64,000 nt of DNA, taken from positions 9,447,832-9,511,831 of the forward strand of contig OZ316897.1 of assembly GCA_973895155.1 (NCBI GenBank), written 5' to 3'. The translations under genes and the position numbers were made by a program. Positions 12,601 through 25,960 of the stretch are shown here, in pieces (position 1 is the first letter of the stretch; every line of letters begins with the position of its first letter). Below the pieces are notes generated by a model. That model made no database searches and was not told where the DNA came from. It was given only the letters and a program-made list of their open reading frames with translations. This DNA comes from Marsupella aquatica (taxonomy: Eukaryota > Plantae > Marchantiophyta).

Positions 12601-13295
12601 GCCGTGCACAATGTCGCCTCTTTGGTTACAATGCTTTCTGCAATAAAAAGTAGCCCGGCAAAACTTAAACCTTTAGAGTGCATTTCAAGTTCAGAGTACA
12701 GAGGCAAAACTTAAACCCTTAGAGAGAAATTATTGTTGACAATACAATGGCAACACCTAAACCCTTAGAGAGCAATTCAAGTTGATAGTACACAAGTAGA
12801 ACTTAAACTTATACATATGTGTAAAACATAGCAAATTCTCAGAGCATCCTTGGTTACCTATTGATGTAGGAAAGTTGAAGAGCATCCGGGTTGGTTCTCA
12901 TCCTCTTTGCAATGAAGTGACATTGACAGCCACGCTTGGCATGGTTGTTGAAGGCATTTTTGCGCAATTTGGGTCTACTACCGATGCCCGATTTTGGTTT
13001 TTGTTCCGGGCAACGGAGGAATAGTGATAGTGCACATGTGTTCATCTTGTGGACCATATGAACACCATAAGACTTTATATTCCATTCAATCCGTATTTTC
13101 TGAATCTGATTTTCTGGAGGATCTAATATGGAATGAGGTCTCAAACTTGGGATCCTTTTTGCCCTCACCATCCTTGAAATCGGACAGCCGGTCCCAAGGG
13201 ATAATAGCCTGGTCATGTGGGCTCCAAGAAATGTCGAGTGATGAAAACTTTCCAGGCGATGGGGTCTGCATATGTTCCCATGGTTCTTGACTCAT
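9659..13295 (-). pseudogene. MULE-type DDE transposase with SWIM zinc finger (At4g13970/At1g60560-like family), disrupted
   Basis: Exons at about 13295-12858, 12637-12116, 11725-11475, 11371-11178, 11076-10398 and 10241-9659. Motifs: FSSLDISWS..IIPWDRLSDF, LWCSYGPQD, KRGCQCHFIAKR, LQSPWQ..M...LALDSTFATNKYG/FPFFTLVAFD...GLPIAW, FIIDC, CSWHVRRAW, TNGAIEAWHLTLK and SWIM CCCKWADKGNMCKH. Stop at 13088-13086 plus several frameshifts. Confidence 0.9.
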
Positions 13296-14109
13296 GCCCT
13301 AAAGCATTTGGCATAGGCAAAACATAAACCACAAACCATAGGTATAACCTTGGCAAAACATAAACTACAAGAACCCTAAACATTACAACACGCCTAAGGG
13401 CTATTTAGATTCAATCACAGGTCGCAAGGGCCATACGAAGCAAACTCAAATGCAAAAACAATGAATGGGTTCAGGAATGCATAGTACACTAGCAAAATGT
13501 AGATTACAAACCGCAAGCACTTACGTACTACAAACAGTGGCAAAACATGAACTGCAAGAACCGTAAAAATTTGCAACGCACACACACACACAACTAGGAA
13601 AAACACCTACAAGATCCCTAAAGGCTATTTATATTACAATCACAGGTTGCAAGGGCCATACAAAGCAATCTAAAATGCTAAGACAACGAATTGGTGCATA
13701 ACGCATGGTACATTGCACTTCGCACAGGAAGAACGCAAAGTACAACATTTGACAAAATATAGATTACTTTCATGCATGAATTGAGCCAGAACGTACATTA
13801 CATTCTGGCATAGAGTTTAGAGTTGAATGCAATGGGCGTGAACAGATTTCAGGTCTGCAAAATCATTGAAAGATACCTTTGACACAACCAATGTGTGACC
13901 TGCAGTACGTCAATGTCAACGTGTAGCACAATGTGACCCCACGCCCCACGCGACCGCTTGCTGTTCTCACCGTCTTGGTCTTCTCACGAGCTCCCTGCAG
14001 CCTGCAGCGTAGTGCGTGCATACAGTGTTTCTGTCGGAGTTCAGTTTTGGCACAAAGTGTGGATGCAGGGTGTGCGTGGCATCGGGGTTGTACCACACCA
14101 TCGCTCCAT

Positions 14110-16348
14110 CGCCACATGCGTCCCATCATCTAAAAACCTGTGTCGCCATCCTCATCTCTATGATAAATGGCTGCCCTAAAATCATCTGCATGGGAAGACT
14201 CTCATGAACAAAAACATTCATTGGTTCCACAATATCCCCAATGTGGAGCTTAACTCCAGGACAAGCTCCCCCAAAACTGTTTTTGTCTGCACTAACAGAC
14301 CTAACTCCCCATCCACTATGTCGGTCTACTGCCCACTGTCCCTCATCGTAAATACGCATCAGAATAATACTCACCTCAGAACCTGAATCTAGTAATGCTC
14401 TCACAGGACTCTTAATTCTATCTAACTCCACCTCGCACTCACTACACCCTCGTGCCCAATGCATCCTCCTCACATCCATGGTTATCGAACACCAAGCTAA
14501 TGCTCTCTCTCTCTCTCGTCTGCCCTGATAACCTCCATCCCCACCTGCTCTTGACTCGAGGATTCCCCTCTCTCAAAGCCCTCTCTTTCCCCACTCACTT
14601 TTCCCACAAACAGCATCACTCTTTCTTCTCCTTCATTTTTTGAGTCAAAGTTCCCCTCTTCTGCCAAGGTACATGCCACCCCTTGCAGCCCTTCCTTCAG
14701 GATGCGCTTCTCTTGACCCGTGTCAAGATAACATCTTGCACATCTCTCCGCATACACCCTATTACTTCTTTGTTCGTTAGACCCCGCACCTCTTGATTCC
14801 AAAATTTGGTTCCAACCGCATTAAAATCAACCTCCCACTCAATTTCTCTCCCTAATACCCATCTTGGTTTCTTTCCTCCTACCTTTCCTCTCCCTTTTTG
14901 CTCTACCCTAGAACTTGACCCTGGTTCTTCTTCTTAATCTCTCCTGACTCTCCTTCTCTCTTTTCACCCTCTTTGGCACTAAATGATTCTCTTGAATCCC
15001 TTTGTTTTACCTCTACTATTACCTCGGAACTATCCTTCCCTTGCTGGATAGAATTCACAAAAACCGGTGCTTTCCAACCAGTTTCTCTCCGCAAATACTC
15101 AGCATATCTCTTCCCACTCACCTCATCAAAACCAGTCCTCATACCACCACACGACTCTGCCCTATCTTGCTCAACTACATAAACTCTTGGTTCATACATC
15201 ATGGCTCCAACTTTTGCCTTTCCTCTATGCTTCTCAACAAGCACCTTCATCCCTCCCTTCCCAAAGTTCAACGGAACCCCTTCCCCATCATCAAAGTATG
15301 CTAGTCTCTTCTTCCCTGGCTCCCCTACAAACTTGACCCATTGTTCTCTCAGGGCCTCCGTCAATTCTCTACACTCATTCCTGGTGTGATTCAAAGAATC
15401 ACACCACATACAGAATGCATTCGACCTCCTCTCAGCTGGTTCTCTTCTTGGAATCTCAGTCCTCTGAGACCTCTACTCTATCACATGGGAGGTCAAAAGC
15501 CTTATCCCTTCTGCTATTTTCTCTAGGTCAGTTGTGCTCGATCCTGAGCTTGATCCTTCCACCTGCACCTTCCTCCCAGTATCTTCCCTCCTTCCAACTA
15601 CATCCCTGGTGATCTCTCTTTCACTTTCCCTCCTCCTTACCACCCCTCTTGTGGCTTCTCTGTCGTTCTCCCTCCTCCTCCTACGCTCATTTACCCTCAT
15701 TATTGCTCTCTCAACCAGACCCCAATCCGCTGGTCCTTCCGCCCAAGTGGGTTCTAGTAAATCCATGGCATTCTCTAGCTCGTCTCTAAGCTGCTCCCCT
15801 GCTGCTCTCAAAAATAGCTCTGACTTTTGGAGCTCAATAATCCTCACATCACGCCAAGGGAGCTGGCTCATCCTTCGAGTGAACTCTCGAAGTAATTGTT
15901 GCGGCTCAAGTCTCTTCTCTCTCTCATTAACCCAATCCAGGAAGGAAGTGTGAGTTTCCCAACTCAAATCCTCCAACTGAAATTCTTCTTTCATCCGTCG
16001 CTCAAAATCCCTCCAGTTTCTATCCTCAACTGACCTATCAACCAAAACCTGAACTGACCCCTTTAAACTCATCTCAACAACTGTGACAAACTTCCGGATT
16101 GCCACAACCTCATCCACCATTTGTATCTCGACTTGCGTCTTATACTCTTCTAAATACCGGGTAACATCTTGCCCATCAAACCGGCCTCTATTCGTCAGTA
16201 CCGCCTGAAGGCATCTCAATGCCCTCATCTCCTGGTCTCTCTCTCTCCTCTCCACTGCTTCCCTCTCTCTCCTATCACGCTCACTAACCGCATCCTCTCT
16301 CTTCATTAGCTGCATGGCAGCTGCTATCATCCTAATCATGTCCTCCAT
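14110..16348 (-). mobile_element. Ty3/gypsy LTR retrotransposon gag-protease remnant (truncated before RT)
   Basis: gag ORF 16348-15473 (RFDGQDVTRYLEEY). CCHC knuckle CMWCDSLNHTRNEC near 15412-15371. Aspartic protease ALLDSGSEV...ILGQPF at 14479-14126. Frameshifted; no RT, RNase H or integrase follows. Confidence 0.88.
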
Positions 16349-16868
16349 AGTCTCCTCTTTCTGAAAGCTTCAGAAAAACTCTCTATAGTAGGATTCGTGT
16401 CTGAATCCATACACAAGCCGATAACCTTCAAACTATGGTTTCACTCCCTCTTCCGTCGAATGTTTGGTCACAACAAGTCAGTTGTTTCCAACCATTCACA
16501 GCTGATCAGCCTCTCAGCTCCTTGAGCTGCCACTGTCGAACTGCCCCTCAAGAGGTTAAGAACCCTAGCTCACCCTCAATCAGTCAATCAATCAGTCATT
16601 CATCTTAGTCAACCCTAATTATCTATTCTCGTTACTAATTCCCTCATCCCATGGCTGCCCTTCTGCTCGCCTCCCTCAAGCTCTCAACCCTAAATGAACC
16701 TATGGCCCTCACTGGTTGCTCCCTTTGTTTTTCTCTATCTCGTGCCCTATTCTCATTTTCCCTATCTAGATATGTCACCCTCGGGTCCCTATTCCCTTCA
16801 CAATCAACAGGTATTAATGGCTTTCCCATACACTAATCGCATGTCCCTAAAACTAATGATCCGCAAGT

Positions 16869-16886
16869 TCCCCAATATGGTCGCCA
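16869..16886 (-). promoter_or_regulatory. Primer-binding site (tRNA-Arg type) of the gypsy element
   Basis: The minus strand reads ...CCCCGGACA|AGAG TGGCGACCATATTGGGGA. A TGGCGAC-type PBS is typical of Tat/Ogre-like elements. Confidence 0.7.
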
Positions 16887-16890
16887 CTCT

Positions 16891-19269
16891 TGTCCGGGGA
16901 CCAGTTTAGAGCGGTGTGAAAACTAGTTTCTTTTAATAATTCAGGGACTTACTTACATTTGTTTTAGTTTCATTTTTCTGTTTCTTAATATGTTTCAATT
17001 CGTATTAACAGACTCTACTTAACACTAATTCTCCTTTAGTATTCAACATGTTTCTTTCAAACTAACAACATTAACCTATTTATTTGTTTTGATTCATAAT
17101 GAGTTTTGTTAAAATGTTTTCTTAAATAACAATTGATTCAACAAGAAAATTTAGCTCTCTCTATGATGTCAACTTTTATCTATTAATTTCCCAGCTCATC
17201 ATTTGTCTTTCATTTGTAAACTTCTTTTATGTTATTTGCTCTCATTCGTAAGGTCTTGTACACCAATCTCAAGTTTTCTTGTTTTTGAAAATTCATGCAT
17301 TCCATTCACAAACACTTTTGCTACAATCAAAAACTTTCAAATACACATCATTTTTATTTTTTATTTAACCTTTTAAAGGTTTTTTCGGATTTACAACATT
17401 TTTGGAGTCTTCTAATCCACTCTCGTCAACTTTTCCTCAACTAGGGTCTCGACTCGGCTCACTTCAGGTCTCATGGTCAAGTTTCAATCTCGAGGTCATC
17501 AATGGTTTCTCCTAGGCATTTTGAACACAACTTCAGTCTCCGGCAAGCTTCTTTCATGTCCTCATTCTTCTTGCACTCTTCCTCTTGTCCTTTCTTCCTC
17601 CTCTCCTCAAGCTTCCAGTCCCAAAGCAGGAAAAATTTCCTCTCGGTCATTTTGCTGTTTTCTTTTCCCTTTCTCTAGTTCAACTAAGTACCCCAAGTTA
17701 TTTAGCTCTGCCTCTCTGCAATTCACTTTCTATAAGTAAATCCTTCCTCCTTAAAACATTCCTTTCAAATTCTAACTGTTCCTATTCTAAATTCATTCTT
17801 GAAACTTCGTCTTTTGTTGCAAGTTCCCTTCAACTCTTCCTCGTTTTCGCTAGCAGAAATGTTCGGCAGCATTCACGTATCCTCTTGAATTCCTGATCTC
17901 TTTTTGTTTTATTTCCCAGAATCTTCAATCGCTTTCCTTGAGAAGCTTATCCGCCTTTATCAACTCTAGTTCTTTCTTTTAATTTACAGCCTTCGACATC
18001 ACCCCTTTTACCTTCCGATCCTCTACAAACACACTTCCATGAATTTTGATCTCCTCTTTCAAAAAGTTAAATTTTCAGCATTTCTGGTTCTGTTGTTTTC
18101 AATCAATTCCTTAGCTTTTGTTTCACAGCTCTCGTTTCGCTTTCTTCTTTTCGGCCGAAGAGCTTCAAAGCTCTATCTCTTTTCTCTCTTTAGAAGTCAA
18201 ACTCCTCCATCGTCATTTATCTTTCCTGCATCCAAAAATCTTCCTTCGTCTCCCATCAAACTCTTGTCTTCTTCCACGAAGGAAACTTCGCTTCGCGTTT
18301 TGCCCTTTGATGATTTGACCTCTATGTTTTCTCCTTTCTGAGCTTCTTCACATATCTCTTGAAGCCAAGAAATTTTCTTTCTCCTTACGTTCTTTTTCAA
18401 CTCTGCAGCTTCTTAATTCTGAGTCCAACGTAAGGTCATCCCAAACTGCCATCCCCTTTCGTTCTTTTCTCTCGAGCTCTCCCTAAGTGTTCCAACCACT
18501 AACTCCCTCCCTGAAATTCCCGATCTCCCTTCCAAATTCACCATGCACACACAGACATCAATCCCACCGCTGTAGCTTTCTTCTCCTTTAAACTCGCCAT
18601 ACATTCGCCAGCCATCTTAGCCCGGCTCGTTCTCTTCCTCCCTGAAGTCCTCTTACCCTCGCGCCCCTTTCTCGCCTCATTCACTTTTTTAACATCAATC
18701 TCCACTGGCCGAATTTCACTCATTCAACCTCATAATGCGCGGCCTCTCCCTGGAATTCTTGTTCAGGCAAGCTCTCCCAAAAATTCTTCCAAAAAAACAA
18801 TCCATGAAGAATTCGAGCATCCCTATTCTTGCTCTCCTTTGCTTTCGCCCGCTTCCCCTTGATCATCCGAAAAAAACTTCCAAAAAAACTTCAGCGTTCC
18901 ACCGCTCGCCCTTTTAGCACACTCTCTTCCATTCCTCTATTCTCTCGTGCGCCTCCTCCTTCTCGTCAACTTCTCGCGAAATTCACTCTAACCTTCTCGC
19001 CTCAGTTTGAAAATTGCCCTTATGAACCGGGCGCTCCCAGCTCACCACATGTCAATGGGAGAAAAATCCCTTCCAAAAGCCTCAAAACCATAGCTATTTG
19101 TTTTATCCTCTATTCCTCTTCTGTCTTATTATCTTTCAATTTCAACTCAGCTTGATTTGTTCTTTCTCTTCTCAACTAGAGATCTAATTCATCACAAGCT
19201 GAACTTAAAACAAGTCGACCTCGATTCAGCATACACAACTTCATTCGTCAAATATTTTCCCCGATGACA
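16891..19269 (-). repeat. Long (2379-bp) gypsy LTR containing a decayed K/E-rich ORF
   Basis: The minus strand begins TGTCATCGGGG at 19269, right after the purine-rich tract GGTGGGGGTGAA, and ends CCCCGGACA at 16891, just before the PBS. The ends are imperfect inverted repeats. Confidence 0.65.
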
Positions 19270-22200
19270 TTCACCCCCACCGAACCTGTGTAGCCTCCGG
19301 CCTGCACCACCATCATCATCATGAGCCTGACCTGACTTGACCTGAGCTGCACCGAGTCATGGAAATCCCATCACAAGAGTACAAAAAAATGTTTCTCCAA
19401 AAATGGTACAACAAACATTTTCATAAAAACGAACTAAACTAACCCTCAATATCTTATCATAAGCCTAAGTTCCAAATTTCACAACAAGCCAAAAGGTGAA
19501 AATATGTTTTTCACCAAAAGCTCATATCAAATGAAAAAATCAATATCAAAATTTTGAAGTACATTATTATATACCCAAATTGAATACTTATATTTAAACA
19601 TTTATTAAACCAAAATATTCAATTTTAATATGATAGTAAGATAGTCTCCTATTTTTTACTTATCCAAAATATTGATTTTTTCCTCATTAATAAACACTAA
19701 CAAAAAGTTAAAAAATTATATTTATATCTTGTCCCCAGTATGGATATGAATAGTTTTTCAATAACTTTAAAGCAATTCTCTCATATAGATAAGATTCATA
19801 AAATTGGAAATGAACTTGTTTATTTCTAATTACTTTAATAGTAACATAAAATCTTAAAGATGTTTCAATTCATACAATCTATCAACTTTCCAACAATATA
19901 TGAAAAGATTTATATTATCAATTTAGACAATCACCAAAATCTTAGTTCATAAATCAATGTAACATAAAACATGATTATGCATGTTATTTCAATAAATCTT
20001 CATTTCTTATTATTTCTAAAAAACTTTATATAGATTTTCTTCTATAATGATGTATAAAAAAATTACATTTAATAATTGATGATTATCATTAATGATTATT
20101 ATTATAATATAAAAGTATTTTTAAAAGTGAAACTATCTTAAAGGTAACCTGTCTTGATTATGATTGAATTAATTGACAACACTAACTTGTTAGAATATGA
20201 TGCATATTGTATACTTAAACTAGCTAGAATAAACCTTGTTACTAGTTAGATGAACTAGGTTGCTTGTATGGATCAAAAATAGCAAGGTTAAGTTGAATCA
20301 AGAAACCCAATGTCTTTAATTCATATCAATCTAAAGATATGTACTCAATTCAAAAAAATAATTTAATATCAAACAAATATACATACATTAAGCTTTTCTA
20401 TTGTATAATTTTTTAAAAATAATATTACTGATGGTATTGAATCCTTAGAATAAATTTTTAAAAAAATTAAAATTTGTTTTACTTATAAAAGTTTATTTAC
20501 TATTATTTTACATGATATTAAAACAATGTTGAAAAAATATTACATTGAAGAAATTAACTATATGATCTGATCAAATTTGAATAATGTAAACAATTTGATC
20601 TATCTGACTAATTAAATATGCATGAGTGCCCTTCTTATTTATTCTCAAGTAGTATTTAAAAGAAATAAATTAAGGATTTTTATCTTTTCACATAATTATC
20701 TCACTTGTGTAACCCTAAACTCAAAGAGCCCAAAATTTCTATCAGCATACCATTTGCAACTTTGTACAACTCTCATAACTTTAGAAGACAATAGGGTTAA
20801 GAAATACATCCATTAAGAAACTTAAATTTCAGTAACCATATTCAATTTGTTTGCATGGTTTAATTACACATGACCAAGTCAATGATGCCAGCAAAGAGCC
20901 TCATTCTTAATTAATAATGTGAGTTTGTAAATGGTTGAAATATTGAGACAACCAAAGTATTACAATACCAACTTAAAAATATTTAATTGGAATCATCAGG
21001 CCAGTATGGTTATATTTTTTCAAATAACAATATCTAGATTTTACTGCAATATATTATTTCTAGTGGTTTGACACCAAAATTAATTACATAATAGTGCATT
21101 TTTAGTCACCCTGAATATCAATATCAATGACATTGCTAATCACACCAACAAGGATCTTGAAAATAGACCGGTGCCAACCAACGATAGTTTTGTTAGAAGG
21201 AAGTGAAATAAATATCTAGGCTTGCATAATAACCATGTTTTTCAATTCATTGAAAATAACTTTATTCCAATGAATGGTGTACATCTCGTCCAATTGTTGC
21301 TTGCTCATAAGTAGTGAGCTCAAAAAAATGAACATTATGAAGAGCTTAGTATAACCCATTTTGTGGGTCTTTCCTTTACAACTTTATATATGTGGAGAGC
21401 ATAGTAATGTTCAACTTTTTTTGTGATTCTTTTATTCCATGTGTGAGCTAGTGGTGGAATTATTTAGGGACATCTTCCATAGTGATGTAAAGTTCAACAA
21501 TCACCAAGAGAAAAAAAATAAATGAGAAGAAGTTAAAAAATACTATGACAAGATAAATGACCTATTTAAGATGAAGGATTAGTTGTCGGAGAAGCAACAG
21601 ACAAAGATGGTGCTCCAACAAATGATGAAACAAACAAGAAAGTAGAAGGAATCTAAAAGAGTTGAATTAGGTAAAGATAAACAAACTTGGGTATGAACAT
21701 AGTGCTAGCATTTCAACTTCACAAGATAACGGCAACAATTTGGGCTTCAAATACAATAATATCTAAGGAAAGTATGAAAGATTGGGCAATCCAATCTTAG
21801 TTTTTCACTCTTGAAAATCAGTGTGCTAAGTAGTACACTGGCTTGATCAAAGTGTCATCTACCAGATATGTGTCTCTTTAAGAATCCAATCATTCTTAGG
21901 CGTTGGATATAATAGAAAGAACCAATAAACTTATGTACAATATCTTCTACTTTGAGGATGCATAGTATAATTAGCTAGCTTTGAAATTTGATACACGATA
22001 AAATTATTCTAAGGATCAAGAAATATCTTACAAATTGAACTGTGATAAAATTTCTTACTTTAATTCTGAAGAGGTGCAGAACATGACCACTATACAAACT
22101 TAGAACTAATAATTGGTTTACTCCTAACATAGATACAATAGGCTACGCTCAAGCCGTCAATGAGGTTTTTTAATAAAATTTACTCATGATTAATGACACT

Positions 22201-24059
22201 CAAATATATAAATATAAAGTTTGACTTGGGCAAGGGTTTAGTTTACTCAACTTGCACATACAAACTATGAAAAAATAAACATTTTTGCCATTAATAGGGT
22301 TTAATCCATTCTTGAACCTTGGAATGATTTAATTAGTTCCTTGACTCTTATAGCCCTTAGTTTCTTATTTGAATTTTCAACTCTATCAAAGGGATTTGAT
22401 TGTTGCTTTGTAGATGATTTTCTCCAACAACAAATTTGTATGAACATTTCTAAAGGAATGCGTGCTACTATATTTGTCTACTAGCAGTTGTGGTCTGAAA
22501 TATTCCAACTAACTTTAGTTTTCAATTGATAGTTATATCAAGATTTATCAACAATTCAAGATAATTAACGCATCTCCTAGTCATGCACATTCATTACACA
22601 AGCTAAACACCAACTCTAAGGCTGGATTTGTCTTAATATATAAAACTAATCTCTATAGCACAACCTCTTATTAAATGACCTTGTTTTATCTTAATTAATT
22701 ACTCACCCTATTACCATAGTATAATATGGGTTGTGGTTTGTATTTATTTTAACTTGATTTGTTAAGTATCATAGCTTCTCAATGTATGATCGACCTAGCT
22801 CCCTACTTTTAGTGGAAGTAATCAAGCAAATTCCTCTTACCTTTTGCCTTAAAGATACATATTCAACATTACTATTTGCTAGGATGAATCACTTGAAATA
22901 TGCTACAATAATCATAAACTCAACTTCCATGGTGATTTTCCTACTATAATATCAATTAATATATTTTTGCATAAAACATGTTATGCTAGCAAACTATAAA
23001 TTATTTGAACAGTCATAATTAACAACAATTACTATCTTCTAAATTCTATCTAACATTTAGTTTTTCAGTGGTGAATTAATAAAATTGAATAATTAACAAA
23101 ACACAAAGAAATTTCAAAATATATGTAAGACAATTTGAAATTCTCCAATTTGATAAAAAATTATTTCTTACATCAATCAAACCAGAATAATTGAAGAATT
23201 CAAATTCCTATGATATTTTTAATATAGATTGAACTATTATCTGAGTACCATAAGGAATGTTTACTTCACTTATATTTGTTTTGTAATGATATCTAAACAA
23301 TTTTAGAGCTAACAAATAACCTAGTATCTAGGCCATATTGAGTAATATACCAAAACTTTCATCAATTTAAATCAAACTCAAACTCATTAAATTAATTTCA
23401 ATAATTTAAGAACATGCAATAATGACCAGACATTGGAATCTAGCATTATATACTCAAAAGGGTTCTAGCAATTTTTTTGACTTCTTAATTTTATTTTGAA
23501 GAAACAACACAATACAAGGAGAACAATACTCATCCATGGAATCAAGCCTACTATTGTTGATCTAGTCAAATTCAAAAACATCCTATGTTCTTTTTATGTG
23601 TGGTCCTTGAGAGTTAATTTCTTATTGATTTTAGGCATTAAGATTAATTATAACATCAACAAAAACATGTTTTAAATTTTTCTATGATTTCTCAAAATAA
23701 ACCTAATGTTCATTATTATGTCAAGTATTGAAGAGGTCATCAATTATTAAATCACTCAACATTTCCTAGAACATCTAGTTATGTTGTTTATTCAAAATGG
23801 TTTTCAATTTTTCCCTCATCTCTTGACCAAACCTTTCATGTTTAAAATTCAATGAGTTTTTGAAAGAGATTTTCAATGAGCCTAACAAGGTTACATTGTA
23901 TAAATTGTTAAAAAGTTCATTGATTTTTAAATTGTTTTGCCTTTCCTTGAAAATCTAGTCATCTCAATTTCTCACTCATCCTTCAAAAAACCTTTTGTGC
24001 TTAACTACTTAGAAAATTCTAGAAAAAAAATTCCAGTGAACTTGATATTGATAAAAAAT

Positions 24060-24465
24060 TTAAATACTAATGCATTGTGAGTTTAATATGAACTTCTCTA
24101 CCTTTTCAATGGATCAACAAGTTTTGTCAAGCACTAACAAAATTATGAGTTTAATGATTTCTCCTGGCTTCCAATTAGCCTTACATCCAACATATTTGTC
24201 AAGTAAAAATGAGATCATGAATTTCTACATTTCCGTAGTTTTCCAATGAGCCTTATATTTACATATTTTTTCAAGCATTAAGAAGACAATGAGTTTATGA
24301 ATTTTCCTTTTCTCAATGATATGAAATTGAGACATTTTGTCAAATACTAGTATATCTTGAGTTTGCAAATTTTTCTAGCTTTTCAATCAGTCTAAAATTG
24401 GGAGATTTAGTCAAGTACTGTGAAGATTAGAAGTTTATGAATTTGTTTATGGACTCCCATGAGAA
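24060..24465. repeat. Degenerate ~72-bp tandem repeat
   Basis: TCAA(G/A) anchors at 24127, 24199, 24271, 24340 and 24411, with shared TGAGTTT..GAATTT..TTTCAATGAGCC elements. Confidence 0.6.
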
Positions 24466-25130
24466 GTATATAGCTTAAAAATTTCTTGGCGTCGTGCCAA
24501 GACAGTAACCCTAAACACAAACCGTGATGTTTGCGGCAACACAAAACCACAGCCATTTGTTTGTCATCACATTGATAAATCTAAGAAATTTTAAATTTAT
24601 GGGAAAAAAAAGAACGGGCAGGGTAAAAAACAAATTAACCATTTTATTTACTTTGGTGGTTTTAGAAGTGATAAAAAATGATTTAAAAATTAAAAAATAA
24701 ATTATCATGGAGCCTTCCAAACACTCCATTATATACATAGCAATTGATACTTATGAGAGAGTGCATAACCTTCATGAGGCTACAGTCAAGGTTTCAACAA
24801 TTTTGTTGTGATATAGTAAAATAGTTGAAAACCATAAAAAAATTTAAATTTCCTTTTGTTGAAATATAGGTTATTACTATTCCTTGAAGGAATAGATTAA
24901 TTAGTTCGTGGACCCCAGGCTACTTGTGTGCGCGCCGCTTGCAAATTTGATACACATGGACTTTGCAATTGTCCAGACTGAATGTAATTATTTGCGCCCT
25001 GGAGTGTAATGGGCCGCAAGATTTCATTAATTAATTACTTGTTATTATTGGTTGGTGAATTGAACCAGAAAGAGGGTGGGCAATCGATTATTCGGGGTAA
25101 AAAACGGTTACGAGTCTACTACTAATTGAA

Positions 25131-25960
25131 CAGTCGGTTACTCACGGTAAATAAAATGGTTATTTTTAAAACATTTTTATATCAAGGTTTACGGCATGGC
25201 GTCCTCAATTTTACCAAAATCATGCCACGGACATGAATGTTGAAGCAACTTTATTTTGTAAACCAATCCGTACCTGTCTGCAGCGCATCTTGATGATGTG
25301 GCGCATTGTGGAGTCTTGAATTTTGGAAGGGACCTCTAGTGGGGTCCGTAATTAAAGGTATCTAGAAGTAAGCTAGTACATGGGCAAAGCTCAAGTAGCG
25401 ATAGCTTCTTAGAAATTCAAAAAATCAGAGAAAACTCAGTGATTCAATACTTCAAAATGGTTTATCAACCTTGGTCTAGAATTGAGCCATTGTATCTTTG
25501 TTTAGATGCACTTCTATAATAAGAAGAATGAGGCAAAAAGATGGACTAATAGGAGAGCACTAATCAAGATAAGCTTACATCTCAACAATCTTTTGAATTC
25601 AAGAAATCAAGAGCTTGTCTGATTAAATACTCTTCAACTACTTAGCAATGTTGTCTAAGAATCAGGTCACATCATCTTTGCCGAGCTCCAAATCTTTGGC
25701 AAGAAGAATGAAAGAACATGTTGTCCAAGAGGACTTTAGTTACGGATCTCATTACAGGTCCCTTCCAAAATTTGAGACTCCACAACGTGCCATGTCATCA
25801 TGGCGTGTTGTAAACAAGAACAGATTGGTTTCCAAATCAAAATAACTCCGCATTTAGTGTTTGCTGCAAGTTTTGGGTAAAATTTAGGGTGCCATACCGT
25901 AGAACATAATGTAAATTTATTTGACATAACCGTTTTAGTTACCGTAAGTAACCAAATCTG
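25131..25960. mobile_element. Non-autonomous foldback/MITE-like element with ~230-bp diverged TIRs
   Basis: 25131-25358 aligns with the reverse complement of 25735-25960 (e.g. TTGTGGAGTCTTGAATTTTGGAAGGGACCT versus AGGTCCCTTCCAAAATTTGAGACTCCACAA). Confidence 0.8.

Larger units (their letters stand above)
2700..14110. mobile_element. Large multi-gene Mutator-like element (ends not resolved)
   Basis: A minus-strand DDE/SWIM transposase converges on two plus-strand genes. One motif family (GGTTWARGTTTTGCC) occurs in the introns and intergenic DNA of all three genes. The right boundary abuts a truncated gypsy protease near 14110. No TIR pair or TSD was identified. Confidence 0.6.

Noticed and set aside
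19400-24050. Possible hidden genes in the AT-rich tract
   Set aside because: Only stop-riddled fragments; no family recognisable by eye.
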